Source: Azolla caroliniana (Eukaryota; Plantae; Polypodiophyta). Taken from it: 64,000 nucleotides of DNA. The stretch spans positions 22,010,001 to 22,074,000 of the forward strand of contig JBHGNT010000008.1 in the NCBI GenBank assembly GCA_043228905.1, written 5' to 3'. Shown here piece after piece: positions 25,044 through 36,829 of this stretch (positions are counted from its first letter, which is position 1; every line of letters starts with the position of its first letter). The notes beneath the pieces were generated by a model. It was not told the origin of the DNA and did not search any database. It was given only the letters and a program-made list of their open reading frames with translations. Made by a program: the position numbers and the translations under genes.

Positions 25044-28000
25044 TCGAGTGATTTCGCGTTTGTCGGAGTTTTTGCTTGCATAATCATGGAGATCTTGTTC
25101 GGATCGACCGTTATTCCCTCCTTGCTGACTATATGGCCCAGGAGAGTCTCGTTGGTCACCCGAAAGCACATTTTGCGGGATTCAGGCTTAAGTGTGCGGT
25201 GCGGCAACGTTCCAGGCACAGTTGTAGGTGCGTAAAATGGTCTATTGTTTTCCTAGATACCGCAAAGTCGTCTAAAAAGACTTGCATGAACGTCAGAATG
25301 TATTCCCCAAATATCTCTGTAATTGTCCGTTGAAATGTTGTTTGCGCCGTCTTTAGCCTGAACATCATGACGATTGCCACATAAACTCCCCAATCTGTGA
25401 CAAATGTCGTCTTTTCTTGGTCCTCGAGGTGCATGCGTACCTGGTTATACCCACTGAAGCCATCTAAAAAATTGTACATCTCATGTCCTACGACGGCGTC
25501 CAGTACGCTATCGGTGAAGGGTAAAGAGAATGCGTCCGTAATGGTTACGGCGTTTAATTTTCGGTAATCCACGCATAGCCGTATTTTGCTATTTTTCTTT
25601 GGAATGACCACTATCGGGCTTAACCATGTGGCTTGTTTAACTGGCCGTATGAACCCCGCCTTTAGGAGTTTGTCAATTTCTTCTTTTACACGGGTCGCGT
25701 AGTTCGGGTTCATGCGGTAGTGGCGCTGCTGGACGAGTTTTGCGTTGGTTGCTAAATTGATCTTATGCTGATAGAACTTAGGATCTAACCCCTTCATGTC
25801 CTCGTGAGCCCAAGCGAACACATCTTTATATTTCGTGAGTAGTGCGATCATCGTGTTTCTCTGGTCCGGCCTTAATTCCTTTGCGATGGAGAGGAAACGG
25901 GCTATCGACTCCATACTCACATTTACTTCTTCCAGGGCGGAGGCGGTGACTCATCGTGAAATTTCCATTTCTCTTTCGAATGCCGCCCGTGCTCTGCTGA
26001 GTTCCAATATGGACTATGGGTTTGGTTCGTAAGCCTCGTCGTGGAGAATAGTGGTCGTGGCATATTCTACCGCGGTTGTGATGACGTTGATTTCGAACAA
26101 CGGAATGATCCGTGGGTGCTCATCTACGTATGCCTCTAATTCTGCATCCTCCACCCCAACCAGCATATTTATATCTTCTGCGTATAATGGTGTTATACCC
26201 TTGGGTTGTGGCATGCTTCCTTCCGTAGGTACGCGAACCTTGGTGCGTCCGTGTCGGAAACTGATACACTTGTGTTGCCAGCTCTGCTTGATATTTGTTG
26301 CCCAAAGCCATGGTCAACCCAGGAGCACTGGGTACGCTCCTGGGGTGTCCAAGGCGAGGACGACCGCCGAGATGTCGAAGCGATGTCCGCCCACGATAAT
26401 GCCTATCTTAGGACGTACTGAGCGAGTATTTGCCATTCGAAGCTAGAATGGGCAAGCCTCCCATTCTGAAATGCCTAACTGCTCGCAAGTTTTCGCGCTA
26501 ATTACATTGACGCCTGAGCCGCCATCGATTACGCATCCAGGAATTTCCTGTCCGTGTAATATTAATGTAATAGTCGGGTTCTGGTGATCCACTACCGGCG
26601 CTCCGTCGTTAACGTCTGTAAGGTTTGTAGTGACGCTCACCCCGGCCCGGGTATGCCCGTCACCCGTTCTTCCATGGTCTGGCGGAAGCGTGGGACTAGT
26701 TGCAGCAGCTTCTCCATGGTTAACGTTATCTCGCAGCCCGCTAATGCCTGCCAAATGGGGTCCGGGACCGGTCCTTCGTCCTCTACTTGCTCCCTCGCAT
26801 TCGCGGACTCCTTCCGCATGCGCTCTGTATTGGTCGTGTTTGCTTTTTCCACCCATGATTGGGCTTGTCGTCATATCTCATCTTGAGCAACCCAATCAGT
26901 CGTTTTTGTTTGCTAGCATGTCGTGACTTGCTGCACTTCCGCCGTAATCATATTGACGGCGGGCCCCTTGCCCTTGCGTGTTGGGCATTGCGTGGCATAA
27001 TGTCTGGGTTGCTGACAAATAAAACAATGGATGCTTGATTCACCCTTCTCGGCTCCTAGTGGTGTGTGTCGGTCCCCTGGTGCGACTTGCTCCTCACGGT
27101 CCGGCCTCGTTTGTTGGAACGCACGCAGTGGTTGCTGTTGGTCCCGTCGTTGTTCCTGGTGTCGCTCATCTCCCCAGCTTTCGTCGTAACGCCGGTGATC
27201 TCGATATTGCCGCGGCTTACCACGATAACCATTGAAGCGCCACGTTTGATTTTCGGTCGGTGATTCTCGTAGCGTTGGCCCCCTTTAGCATAACTCAGAT
27301 GTCCACGATAATCCTCGTCCTCTGGTTCGTCTTCCTCAGAATCGTTGTGATTTCGGCGATTCCGGTGGTGCCGGTCGTCCCGTGGGTTGCGATCCATATA
27401 CCGTGGTCGGTCCTCTTGCCTCCTTTGTTCAGTACGGCGTGGGGGACGTTGGGTGTCCATGCTGCGGATTGTGGGAGCGGCTCTGTTCAACATATTGTAT
27501 TCGCATTGTTCGACTGTGTGACCCTTCGAGTGGCAGATTGGGCATTGGATTCGCATATTGCACTCCATTACGGAATGCCCCGAGTTCAAGCAAATCGTGC
27601 ACTGGATTGCTTGACGAAACTGGTGTTCCTCATCCTAGGGTAACGCTTGTCGTAAGGAGGACATAGAAAACCTTTCCTCCTCCTCGTCCAACTCGAGCTA
27701 TAACGCTCGTTTAATGACCATATCTGTTGTTTCCCCTTTCACGCTATTGTTGTTGAGCGTGGCCCGGATGGGTCGGCGTAATGCTACCAGAAATGTCTCT
27801 CGAGCCTAGTCCTCCGCGGGGCTCCGTTTGAGTTTCCACCGTAAATTTTGGAAACATAAGCTGAAGTCTGCGATCGTCTCGGTCGGCAGTTGCTTAATCG
27901 TGTAGAACTGTCCAAGGATTTCGCATTGTGGAACCCTCCGATGGAAGAACCGCAAGAAAGCGGACTGCAACTGATCGAAGGTTGTGATTGCTGGAAAATC

Positions 28001-28420
28001 CATCTGTGAATGCCAAAACGTCGCTCGCCCATCCAATGTTAACCCGAACTCCGTAATTTTCGACTGGTGCGCTACCACCTTCGAAAGGCTCTGCGCCATC
28101 TGGTTCGCATTCCAGACATTAAGGAACATGCGAATATGGGTTGCGCCGTCGGTTTCGCCGTTAAAGCGGGTATAGGCAAAGGCCATGCTTGGGGCTACGG
28201 CGGGTCGGGAAAGACCACAGGGTGGTTGTGGTGAGCGTACTCCCCGCGTATCGTCGAGGTTTTTGGAGAGCGAAGAATCACCTTTGTAATCACGGCAGGT
28301 AGTATTGAGGTCGCTTAGGCGAGGCTTTTGTCGTGCCGTTCTTCTGCTTGGCGTGTGACGGACCTTGTGATTGGCCGGTCTTGTCGTGTTGGTTCTCTGG
28401 GGCGTCTGCGGCTAAACATC
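25044..28420 (-). pseudogene. B gag-protease-RT, decayed
   Basis: Gag YTRFNGETDGATHI, CCHC knuckles, protease VIDGGSGVNVI, RT CVDYRKLN/FLDGFSGYNQ/VFLDDF. Confidence 0.93.
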
Positions 28421-28462
28421 CATTCGTCGTTTCTCGTCTATGAAAAGACACAGATCACCAAA

Positions 28463-28470
28463 GCGTGCCA
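28463..28470 (-). promoter_or_regulatory. Short sense PBS of B (tRNA-Arg type)
   Basis: Minus strand TGGCACGC, 4 nt from the 5' LTR. Confidence 0.6.
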
Positions 28471-28474
28471 AAAG

Positions 28475-28657
28475 TGTTACCGATTAGGAACACGGTCTAC
28501 GGTCAGTCCTTCGACCTAGACCTCCAAGTGGTTGTGGAACAACGAATGGGGCATCTATGCGTAATGTGTAGGGGAATGTTCCCCGTAACCTATCAGCGTA
28601 TAAGGGAGATGGCTACAACTGATTCCTTAGCAATGGTTACACTTACGTTCTTACACG
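28475..28657 (-). repeat. B 5' LTR, U5-side part (interrupted by E)
   Basis: Matches 12023-12205. Confidence 0.92.
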
Positions 28658-29293
28658 TGTCGAAATTCCGTGCTCGGCCACAACCGAGGAACAGGATCGA
28701 TTCACAGAAAAACGGGAAATACAACAATGCACGAAAAACAATAGAGAGAAGGGTACACTGGATGTTTTACGTGGAAAACCCTAAATGGGAAAAACCACGG
28801 GAGTGCAAGACTCCAACTATCACTATACGCGGGAATGTACAATGGCGAGCTGCAAGGCGACGACCTTGAGCTCGCTGTCCTCGCCACAGGCGGCGGTATT
28901 ACACAGAGGCGTCGACCTCTTCCTTCCTCTTTTTCTCTCGCTCTCTCTCGGCTGCTCTCACTTCGCTCCCTCTTAGTGGAAATGAGCAACAACTAAAAAA
29001 ACTGTTTGCCCTAAGTCATATTTATACACATATGACTTTCGGGCTATTTACAAATATAGCCTCAAGGGCCCTTGGCAAACATATTCACAGATATGTCCCC
29101 GCATCCGGATCTCTCTCCGGGTACATACGTCATCCGGCTCCGTAACCGGGGTCTTCAACATCCGGCTCCGTACCCGGGTACTCTTCATCCGGCTTCATGC
29201 CGGGTACTCTTCATCATACGGTTCCGTAACAGCCTCCGGGCTTGCCGTCATTCATCTCCGGACATCCCATCCGGAGGGACCGAAATCCCAACA
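28658..29293 (-). repeat. E 3' LTR
   Basis: Repeat of 33409-34044. Confidence 0.97.
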
Positions 29294-29303
29294 AACTCCC
29301 CCT

Positions 29304-32300
29304 TCACTTCGGCATGGGATGTCTCTCCAACCCGATCCTCTTCCGGCATGCTTCCAGCTTGTCGGGTGTGAGCACCTTGGTCAGCATATCCGACCCATTC
29401 TCGTCCGTGTGGATCTTCGTCAGCACGAACTCCTTGTCTTCTATTCTTTCCCGGATCCAGTGGTATCTACGTTGGATGTGTTTCGTCCGGGAATGGTAGG
29501 CCGCGTTCTTCGCAAGGTGGATGGCACTCAGACTATCGCAGTAGAGTCGGTACTCCTCCTGCCGGATACCGAGCTCTCTAATGAAGTCCTTCATCCATAT
29601 TATTTCCTTGCCGGCTTCAACAGCCGCCATGTACTCCGCCTCCGTGGTTGACAGCGCAACCGTCTTCTGCAGCCTCGACTGCCACGAAACAGCTCCACCT
29701 GCATACGTCATCACATACCCTGATGTGGACCGGCTGGTATCTGCATCAGCCGACATATCCGAATCGGTAAAGCCGTCGAATTCGGGCTTACCGGAGCCGA
29801 ATCGGAGGCACACGTTTGCCGTGCCCTTCAGGTATCGGAGTATCCACTTGACCGCGTTCCAGTGCTCTTTGCCGGGATTGCTCATGTACCGGCTCACCAC
29901 TCCAACTGCATATCCTATGTCCGGTCTTGTACACACCATTGCGTACATCAAGCTTCCGACGGCAGAGGCATATGGTACTTTCATCATGTCCTCCTTCTCA
30001 GCCTTTGTCTTGGGGCTTTGCTTGCTGGACAACTTGCAGTTTGCCGGGAGGGTTGACCCGACCGGTCTTGCTTCCGACATGTTGAACCGGTGAAGCACCT
30101 TTGTCACGTACTTCTCCTGTGACAGCCACAACTGCTTCTTCTTCCGGTCCCGGATGATGTGCATCCCTAGTATTTGCCTCGCCGGACCCAGGTCCTTCAT
30201 TGAGAAGGTTCGGTGAAGCGCTTTCTTCAGCGCCCGTATCTTGACCTGGTCCCGTCCGACGATCAACATGTCGTCCACGTACAGGAGGAGTATTAGAGAG
30301 TCTCCTCCTTCGAACTTCTTCACAAACACGCAGTGATCAGACTGCGTTTTGTGGTACCCTTCGTCGGTCATGAAGGAGTCGAACTTCCGGTACCATTGCC
30401 GGGGAGCCTGCTTCAGTCCGTAAAGGCTCTTCTTCAACCGGCATACCAGATGCTCCTTCCCTTTCTTCTCGAATCCTTCCGGTTGCTGCATGTAGATCTC
30501 TTCTTTGAGGTCCCCGTGAAGGAATGCCGTCTTCACGTCCATCTGTTCTACCTCGAGGTCCATGCTTGCCGCTATGCTCAGCACCATCCGGATGGAGGTC
30601 ATCTTCACTACCGGGGCAAATATCTCGTCGAAGTCGACGCCCTTCTTCTGCTGAAACCCCTTTACCATGATCCTGGCTTTGTATCTCGGGGGGTTTCCGG
30701 CATCTCCCGGTTTCAGCTTGAACACCCACTTGTTTCGAAGTGCCCGCTTTCCTTTCGGCAACTCCACAAGTTCATATGTGTGGTTCTCATGCAGGGAATC
30801 CATCTCGTCCTGCATGGCACTCAACCACCTGCGGCTCTGGGTGTCATGCTTTGCTTCTTCAAAGCTCTTCGGCTCCCCTTCGTCGGTTAGCAGCACGTGC
30901 TCTGGTTCCGGAAATCTCCGGGGGGCCCTTCTCTCTCTTAGAGGATATCTCCGTTCCGGAGCTTCGGTAACCGGTTCTTCCGATTCTTCTTCATCCGAAT
31001 CGATTTCGGGATCGGGGCCGGTTCCGGTATCATTTTCATCTTCTTCGGCCGGTTCTGTTTCTTCACCGTCTTCGGCCGGATCCTCGAGTGCTAACCGGTC
31101 TCTTGCCGGTCGGGACTGCTCCTCGTAGAGTTGATCCTCACCGGTCGACTTGGAGCTCTTCATCTTCTTCTCCGACTCCCAGTCGGCAAGTGTCTTGTTC
31201 TCCATGAAGATGATATCACGACTCCGGAATATCTTCTTGTCGACCGGGTCCCATACTCGGTAGCCGAACTCGTCATCGCCGTAACCGAGGAATATGCATG
31301 GCCGGGTCTTTGGATCTAGCTTTCCTCTCCGGTCCTTAGCCACATGCACATATGCGAGGCACCCGAACACCTTCAGATGCCGGTAGGATACTTCCCTACC
31401 GGTCCACACTCTCTGCGGCGTGTCTCCGTCCAAAGGTACTGAGGGTGATCTATTTATCACGTATGTCGCCGTCGACATCGCCTCAGCCCAAAACCCCTTG
31501 GGTAATTCCGCATGCGCTAGCATACTCCGGACCCTCTCCATTATGGTCCGGTTCATCCTCTCGGCCAGCCCGTTCAGTTCCGGCGTCTTCGGCACAGTAA
31601 ACTCGAGCCGGATTCCCTTCGAGCGACAGTACTCCGCGAACTGCCCCCGGTATTCTCCTCCGTTATCCGCTCGTATCGCTTTCAGCTTCTTGCCGGATTC
31701 TCTTTCCACTCTCGCGTGGAGTTCTTTGAAGACGGACAACACTTGGTCCTTTGTCTTCAACGGTGCCGTCCACAGCTTCCGGCTGTGATCATCAATGAAA
31801 GTCACGAAGTACTGGGCTCCGCCATGTGACTTCGTTTCTACCTGACACACATCAGTGTGCACCAACTCCAATGGTGCGCTACGTCTCGTCGGTGGCCTTG
31901 AGTGGAAGGAGGTTCTGTTCTGCTTACCAGCCAGGCAATCGGTGCACTTCTCCAGGTGCACATGCTTCACTGGAATAAGATTGTCTTCTGCAAGCCTCTT
32001 CATCCCCTTCTCACTCATGTGGCACAGTCTTTTGTGCCACAGCTCACCGGCAGTGTCGGCTGCCACATTCAGCTCTTCCGGACACAACCAGGCATTCATA
32101 AGGTACAGTGTGTTGACTTTCCGGGCCCGAGCCACTATCAGGCTTCCCTTGCTGAACTTCATTACGCCGTTCCGGATGCTACCTGTGTAGCCTTCATCGT
32201 CTAGCCTCCCGGCCGAAATCAGGTTCAATCGAACCTCCGGAACGTGTCGGACATCCTTCAGCAGCATTTTGCATCCGGTCGGGGTTGTCAACCATACGTC

Positions 32301-33377
32301 TCCTATGCCGGCAATCCGGCACGTACCTTCATTTCCCATCCGAACACAGCCATGTTCACCGGCTGTGTAGGATGAGAAGTATCTACTTTCCGGGGTCAGG
32401 TGGAACGACGCTCCGGAATCGACCACCCAGGTAGTCTCATCGCCGGCAATGTTTAGTTCACCTTCTTCGGTGATGAGCATGATCTCCTCTTCACTTGCCG
32501 CGAGTGCCGTCGTTCCTTTCCGGTCCTGCCCTCGCCGATCCGGACCTCTCCGGTCCGTGGCTCCCCGGTATGCACCGTTTCTCTCCGGTGACTTCTTCGA
32601 ATCGGTGTCGTCGGCTCCGTTGTCTTTTCGGTAATGCCGACAATTCTTCCGGAAGTGCCCCGGCTTCCCACAGTGGAAGCATGTGGGTCTTCCTCTTGAC
32701 TGCGACCGGGTCCCCGACTTCTCCCGTCTTTGCGGACTCCGGTTCCATTGTCTTCCCCGTTCCGATTCGGTAAGCAGCGCCTTCGAGTCGGAGACCGGTT
32801 CTTTATCTCTCCGACGCGCTTCTTCGTTCAAAATACTTGTCTTTACCGTTTGTAGGGACAAGTTATCTTCGGTGCAGGAGGTGCTGAGAGTCACCACCAA
32901 GTTCTCCCAGTTGTCCGGCAATGTACACATCAGGATGATGGCTTGCATTGCATCCTCCAACGGGAACTTGATCGCCGCAAGCTGGTTCACGAATCCCATG
33001 AACGTGCTTACGTGTTCCACCATACTCTCGCCGTCCCGGTACTTGAGGTTCACTATCTTTCTCATAAGGGAGGTCCGGTTCAACGCATTCTTCCTCTCGT
33101 AGAGGCCCGACAGCTTCCTCCACATCTCATATGCGTTGGTGTCGTTCGCCACGTGTTGTAGAACGCTCACGTCGACGTATTGCCGAATGGTTGCAACGGC
33201 TTTCCGGTTCAGAAGCCTCCACTCCGTCTCAAGTACCCCCTTGGGTATTTCCGACCTGTCGATCGGTTCATACAGGTCCCGAACAATGAGCAGATCCTCC
33301 ATCTTTATCTTCCAGTCGGCGTAGTTCTGCGCATTCAGCACCATCATCCCCGGCTGCCCGCTGCTGCCGCCTTCCAT
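29304..33377 (-). CDS. Copia Gag-Pol polyprotein of E (1357 aa from the first ATG after the PBS)
   Basis: Uninterrupted ORF: CFHCGKPGHFRKNC, WVVDSGASFH, WHKRLCH...CTDC, RADNGGEY, TPELNGLAERMN, MDVKTAFLHG, LLYVDD, FTDSD, STTEAEY, YHSRTKHI. Confidence 0.97.
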   Translation of the reverse strand: MEGGSSGQPGMMVLNAQNYADWKIKMEDLLIVRDLYEPIDRSEIPKGVLETEWRLLNRKAVATIRQYVDVSVLQHVANDTNAYEMWRKLSGLYERKNALNRTSLMRKIVNLKYRDGESMVEHVSTFMGFVNQLAAIKFPLEDAMQAIILMCTLPDNWENLVVTLSTSCTEDNLSLQTVKTSILNEEARRRDKEPVSDSKALLTESERGRQWNRSPQRREKSGTRSQSRGRPTCFHCGKPGHFRKNCRHYRKDNGADDTDSKKSPERNGAYRGATDRRGPDRRGQDRKGTTALAASEEEIMLITEEGELNIAGDETTWVVDSGASFHLTPESRYFSSYTAGEHGCVRMGNEGTCRIAGIGDVWLTTPTGCKMLLKDVRHVPEVRLNLISAGRLDDEGYTGSIRNGVMKFSKGSLIVARARKVNTLYLMNAWLCPEELNVAADTAGELWHKRLCHMSEKGMKRLAEDNLIPVKHVHLEKCTDCLAGKQNRTSFHSRPPTRRSAPLELVHTDVCQVETKSHGGAQYFVTFIDDHSRKLWTAPLKTKDQVLSVFKELHARVERESGKKLKAIRADNGGEYRGQFAEYCRSKGIRLEFTVPKTPELNGLAERMNRTIMERVRSMLAHAELPKGFWAEAMSTATYVINRSPSVPLDGDTPQRVWTGREVSYRHLKVFGCLAYVHVAKDRRGKLDPKTRPCIFLGYGDDEFGYRVWDPVDKKIFRSRDIIFMENKTLADWESEKKMKSSKSTGEDQLYEEQSRPARDRLALEDPAEDGEETEPAEEDENDTGTGPDPEIDSDEEESEEPVTEAPERRYPLRERRAPRRFPEPEHVLLTDEGEPKSFEEAKHDTQSRRWLSAMQDEMDSLHENHTYELVELPKGKRALRNKWVFKLKPGDAGNPPRYKARIMVKGFQQKKGVDFDEIFAPVVKMTSIRMVLSIAASMDLEVEQMDVKTAFLHGDLKEEIYMQQPEGFEKKGKEHLVCRLKKSLYGLKQAPRQWYRKFDSFMTDEGYHKTQSDHCVFVKKFEGGDSLILLLYVDDMLIVGRDQVKIRALKKALHRTFSMKDLGPARQILGMHIIRDRKKKQLWLSQEKYVTKVLHRFNMSEARPVGSTLPANCKLSSKQSPKTKAEKEDMMKVPYASAVGSLMYAMVCTRPDIGYAVGVVSRYMSNPGKEHWNAVKWILRYLKGTANVCLRFGSGKPEFDGFTDSDMSADADTSRSTSGYVMTYAGGAVSWQSRLQKTVALSTTEAEYMAAVEAGKEIIWMKDFIRELGIRQEEYRLYCDSLSAIHLAKNAAYHSRTKHIQRRYHWIRERIEDKEFVLTKIHTDENGSDMLTKVLTPDKLEACRKRIGLERHPMPK

Positions 33378-33393
33378 TTTCTGTGTTACCGTC

Positions 33394-33405
33394 GCTCTGA
33401 TACCA
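33394..33405 (-). promoter_or_regulatory. PBS for tRNA-iMet (E)
   Basis: Minus strand TGGTATCAGAGC, 3 nt from the LTR. Confidence 0.95.
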
Positions 33406-33408
33406 CTT

Positions 33409-34044
33409 TGTCGAAATTCCGTGCTCGGCCACAACCGAGGAACAGGATCGATTCACAGAAAAACGGGAAATACAACAATGCACGAAAAACAATAGAGAGA
33501 AGGGTACACTGGATGTTTTACGTGGAAAACCCTAAATGGGAAAAACCACGGGAGTGCAAGACTCCAACTATCACTATACGCGGGAATGTACAATGGCGAG
33601 CTGCAAGGCGACGACCTTGAGCTCGCTGTCCTCGCCACAGGCGGCGGTATTACACAGAGGCGTCGACCTCTTCCTTCCTCTTTTTCTCTCGCTCTCTCTC
33701 GGCTGCTCTCACTTCGCTCCCTCTTAGTGGAAATGAGCAACAACTAAAAAAACTGTTTGCCCTAAGTCATATTTATACACATATGACTTTCGGGCTATTT
33801 ACAAATATAGCCTCAAGGGCCCTTGGCAAACATATTCACAGATATGTCCCCGCATCCGGATCTCTCTCCGGGTACATATGTCATCCGGCTCCGTAACCGG
33901 GGTCTTCAACATCCGGCTCCGTACCCGGGTACTCTTCATCCGGCTTCATGCCGGGTACTCTTCATCATACGGTTCCGTAACAGCCTCCGGGCTTGCCGTC
34001 ATTCATCTCCGGACATCCCATCCGGAGGGACCGAAATCCCAACA
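33409..34044 (-). repeat. E 5' LTR
   Basis: TG...CA termini; CCGG-rich subrepeats in U3. Confidence 0.97.
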
Positions 34045-34049
34045 ACACG

Positions 34050-34303
34050 CTCTAGTATTCCAGACACACAATAGATTAGCCGGAGCTATAGACAAACTTT
34101 CAGAGAAGATAGAATTCTATTATGATACACTTCTTTACAATTCCAATTACACGCTCCTTCTATCGGAGGTTTTCTGCCCTTTATATACGCAGGGTCTATT
34201 TAGCCGTTCATACTTCTTGCGTGAACCGTTACATGCATTATGATCTTATATTATTTATTATTCCTACGCTCTTGTTCGTTGGTTACTATTCCGGCGGACA
34301 ACA
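34050..34303 (-). repeat. B 5' LTR, U3-side part
   Basis: Matches 12206-12458. Confidence 0.92.
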
Positions 34304-34308
34304 ATAAA

Positions 34309-34647
34309 ATGAGAACAATCGTTCAGTACAAAAGTTATTGAATGATGAACCCAATCAATAGGTAAAGAAGAGTTTTTATTATAGAACCAAGGATAACCCA
34401 GTATTACATCAATGGTACAAAGATTCATTACATGGAAGTCTACTTCCTCTATATAAGTATCAATAGAAATTCCTAATGAATAAATCGCCCCGTTGATGTA
34501 TTGTACTCTTCCATCAGCCAATTGCACCGTATAGGTGTGATCACTTACGGTGGGTTGGATTCCCCATATCTGAACCAAACGATCATTCACAAAGTTGTGT
34601 GAACTTCCCGAATCAAACAAAAATTGTACGGGAGATCCATTGATATA
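34309..34647 (-). pseudogene. A aspartic protease segment
   Basis: INGSPVQFLFDSGSSHNFV...DVILGYPWF. Confidence 0.92.
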
Positions 34648-35330
34648 TGTTAGGATCTCGGTCCCTCCGGATGGGATACGAAGGCCCGGCATCAGAAGAC
34701 CCGGTGAGAACCAGATGTGGAGTACCCGGCAACGGAAGACCCGGTGAGAACTGGATGTGGAGTACCCAGAACCGGATGATGCAAACCCGGTGAGAACCGG
34801 ATGACGAGTACCCAGCAAGGAAGACCCAGTGAGAATCGGATGTTGCAGGCCCGGTGAGAACCTCTCACCGAATGAAGGGACATATATGTAGATGTCTCTG
34901 AGAGCCCATTTGGGCTATATCTGTAAATAGTCCTAATGTCATATTAGTATAAATGTGACCTAGGGAAAATAGTGTGTATAATATAGTTGTTGTTATTATC
35001 TTCGTAAATAGTGTAATTGGTGTAATGATTGTACTGAGAGAGAGAGAGAGCGCGATACAGAGCACGTCTCTATTGTAACCGCCACCAGGCAAAGATTGTG
35101 AGCAAGAGGTCGTTGCCTTTGTGCTCCCTGTTGTACTCCTTGACATAGTGATAGTTTGGAGTCTGTGGACTCCCGTGGTTTTTCCCTCTCAGGGTTTTCC
35201 ACGTTAACATCCTGTGTATTCTCTTTCTATTTGTGTACTTACCTCCATTCCCATTTCTTCTGTGTTTGATTGTTATCAAGTGATCTACGCTTCAGTTGTG
35301 GCCGGAGATTATTCTGCATATTACTCGTCA
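34648..35330 (+). repeat. F 5' LTR with ~40-bp U3 subrepeats
   Basis: Repeat of 59940-60545; recurring CCGGTGAGAA cores. Confidence 0.93.
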
Positions 35331-35361
35331 AATTGGTATCAGAGCGAAACGACATAGAAAA

Positions 35362-36674
35362 ATGGATGATTCGTTGGGAGGCATGTTCAAGCTCACCGAC
35401 TCCAACTACTCAGTGTGGAAGTCGAAGATGAGGGACATGCTCGTGATTAAAGATCTTTGGTCGCCAGTTCAGTTCGGGGACAAGAGACCGGACAAAATCG
35501 ATGCCACGATATGGGAGGTGATGCACATGAAGACAATGGCGTACATACGGTGCTTCATCGACAGGACTCTATACAACAACTTCAATGAAGAGAGCAAGGC
35601 TCATGAGCTCTGGGAGAAGATCGGCATTATGTTTCAGAACAAAAATGTTGTTAATCAGGTTTCGGTATTTTGGAAGCTAGTAAGACTTTGATACCAAGAT
35701 GGCTCTAGCATGGCGGAGCACATGAATGCCTTCTAGGGGCTAATCCACCAGGCAACATCATTAGAAGTACCTCTCGCCGATGAGGTACTAGCACTACTCC
35801 TGCTCGGTTCCCTCCTAGATAGCTAGGAGAAGTTGGTTGTCACTTTGGGCAACGCCGGGCCGGAAGGGAAATGGTTATCCCTAGCAAGAGTGAAGTCGAG
35901 CTTGCTAGATGAGGAGGCGCGTCCGAAAAACAAGGATACGAGCTCCGACTCCAAAGCGCTCCTTACCAAATTGGAACGCGGAAGGCAAAGGAACTGTAGT
36001 CCCCAGAACTGGGAAAAGTCGGGGACACGGTCAAAGTCAAGGGGGAGGCCTACTTGCTTCTATTGCGGCAAGTCGGGACACTTCCAGAAGAACTGTCGGC
36101 ACTTCCGAAAAGACAAGGAAACCGACAGTACCGATTCAAAGCGGACACCGGACCAGAACGGTAAAGACCGGAGGGGACCGGACCGGAAGGGAACCTTTCC
36201 AGCGACGAGACCGAGGAGAGTGAAGAAGGGTTGATGCTCATCACCGAGGAGAGTGAGTTGAACCTTTCCAGCGACGAGACAACGTGGGTTGTCGATTCTA
36301 GAGCGTCATTCCACCTTACCCTGGATTGGAAATGCTTCTCATCCTACACAGCCGGTGATCACGGCTGTGTCCAGATGGGGAATGAAGGTACATGCTGAAT
36401 TGTCAGCATAGGAGACGTGTGGTTGACAACACCAACCGGATGCAAGTTGCTGCTGAAGGATGTCTGACACGTTCCGGAGGTTCGACTGAACCTGATATCA
36501 GTCGGTCGGCTAGATGATGAAGGCTACACAAGTAGCATCCGGAACGGAGTCAAATTCAACAAAGGGAGCCAGATAGTGGCTCGGGCTCGGAAGGTCAACA
36601 CGTTGTACCTGATGAATGCCCAGTTATGCCTGGAAGAAGTGAACGTGGCTTCCGACACTACCAGTGAGTTGTGG
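35362..36674 (+). pseudogene. F gag-protease, with stops
   Basis: MDDSLGGMFKLTDSNYSVW, CFYCGKSGHFQKNC, WVVDS; ends at the pre-integrase ELW. Confidence 0.93.
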
Positions 36675-36829
36675 TGTTAACTCTTAGGGTCGGACAATGG
36701 CCTAACACAGGGTGTCTACGGAAGACACTTCACCAAAGGGGTGTTACGGCAAGAGGATTAGGCTCAACGATTAATCCGACTTAATTAGGTTACTTAGCAA
36801 TATCGTCCTTAATAATCACACGCGTAAGA

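Larger units (their letters stand above)
28658..34044 (-). mobile_element. Ty1/Copia element E (Tnt1/Tork-like), structurally intact
   Basis: 636-bp LTRs 28658-29293 and 33409-34044, near-identical; TSD ACACG at 28653-28657 and 34045-34049; PBS 33394-33405 (iMet); PPT 29294-29305. Confidence 0.98.
12023..34303 (-). mobile_element. Non-chromoviral Ty3/Gypsy element B (Athila/Tat-like, possibly the moss Phygy clade), inserted in A
   Basis: LTRs 12023-12458 and 28475-34303 (the latter split by E); TSD ATAAA at 12018-12022 and 34304-34308; RT motif FLDGFSGYNQ. Confidence 0.93.
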
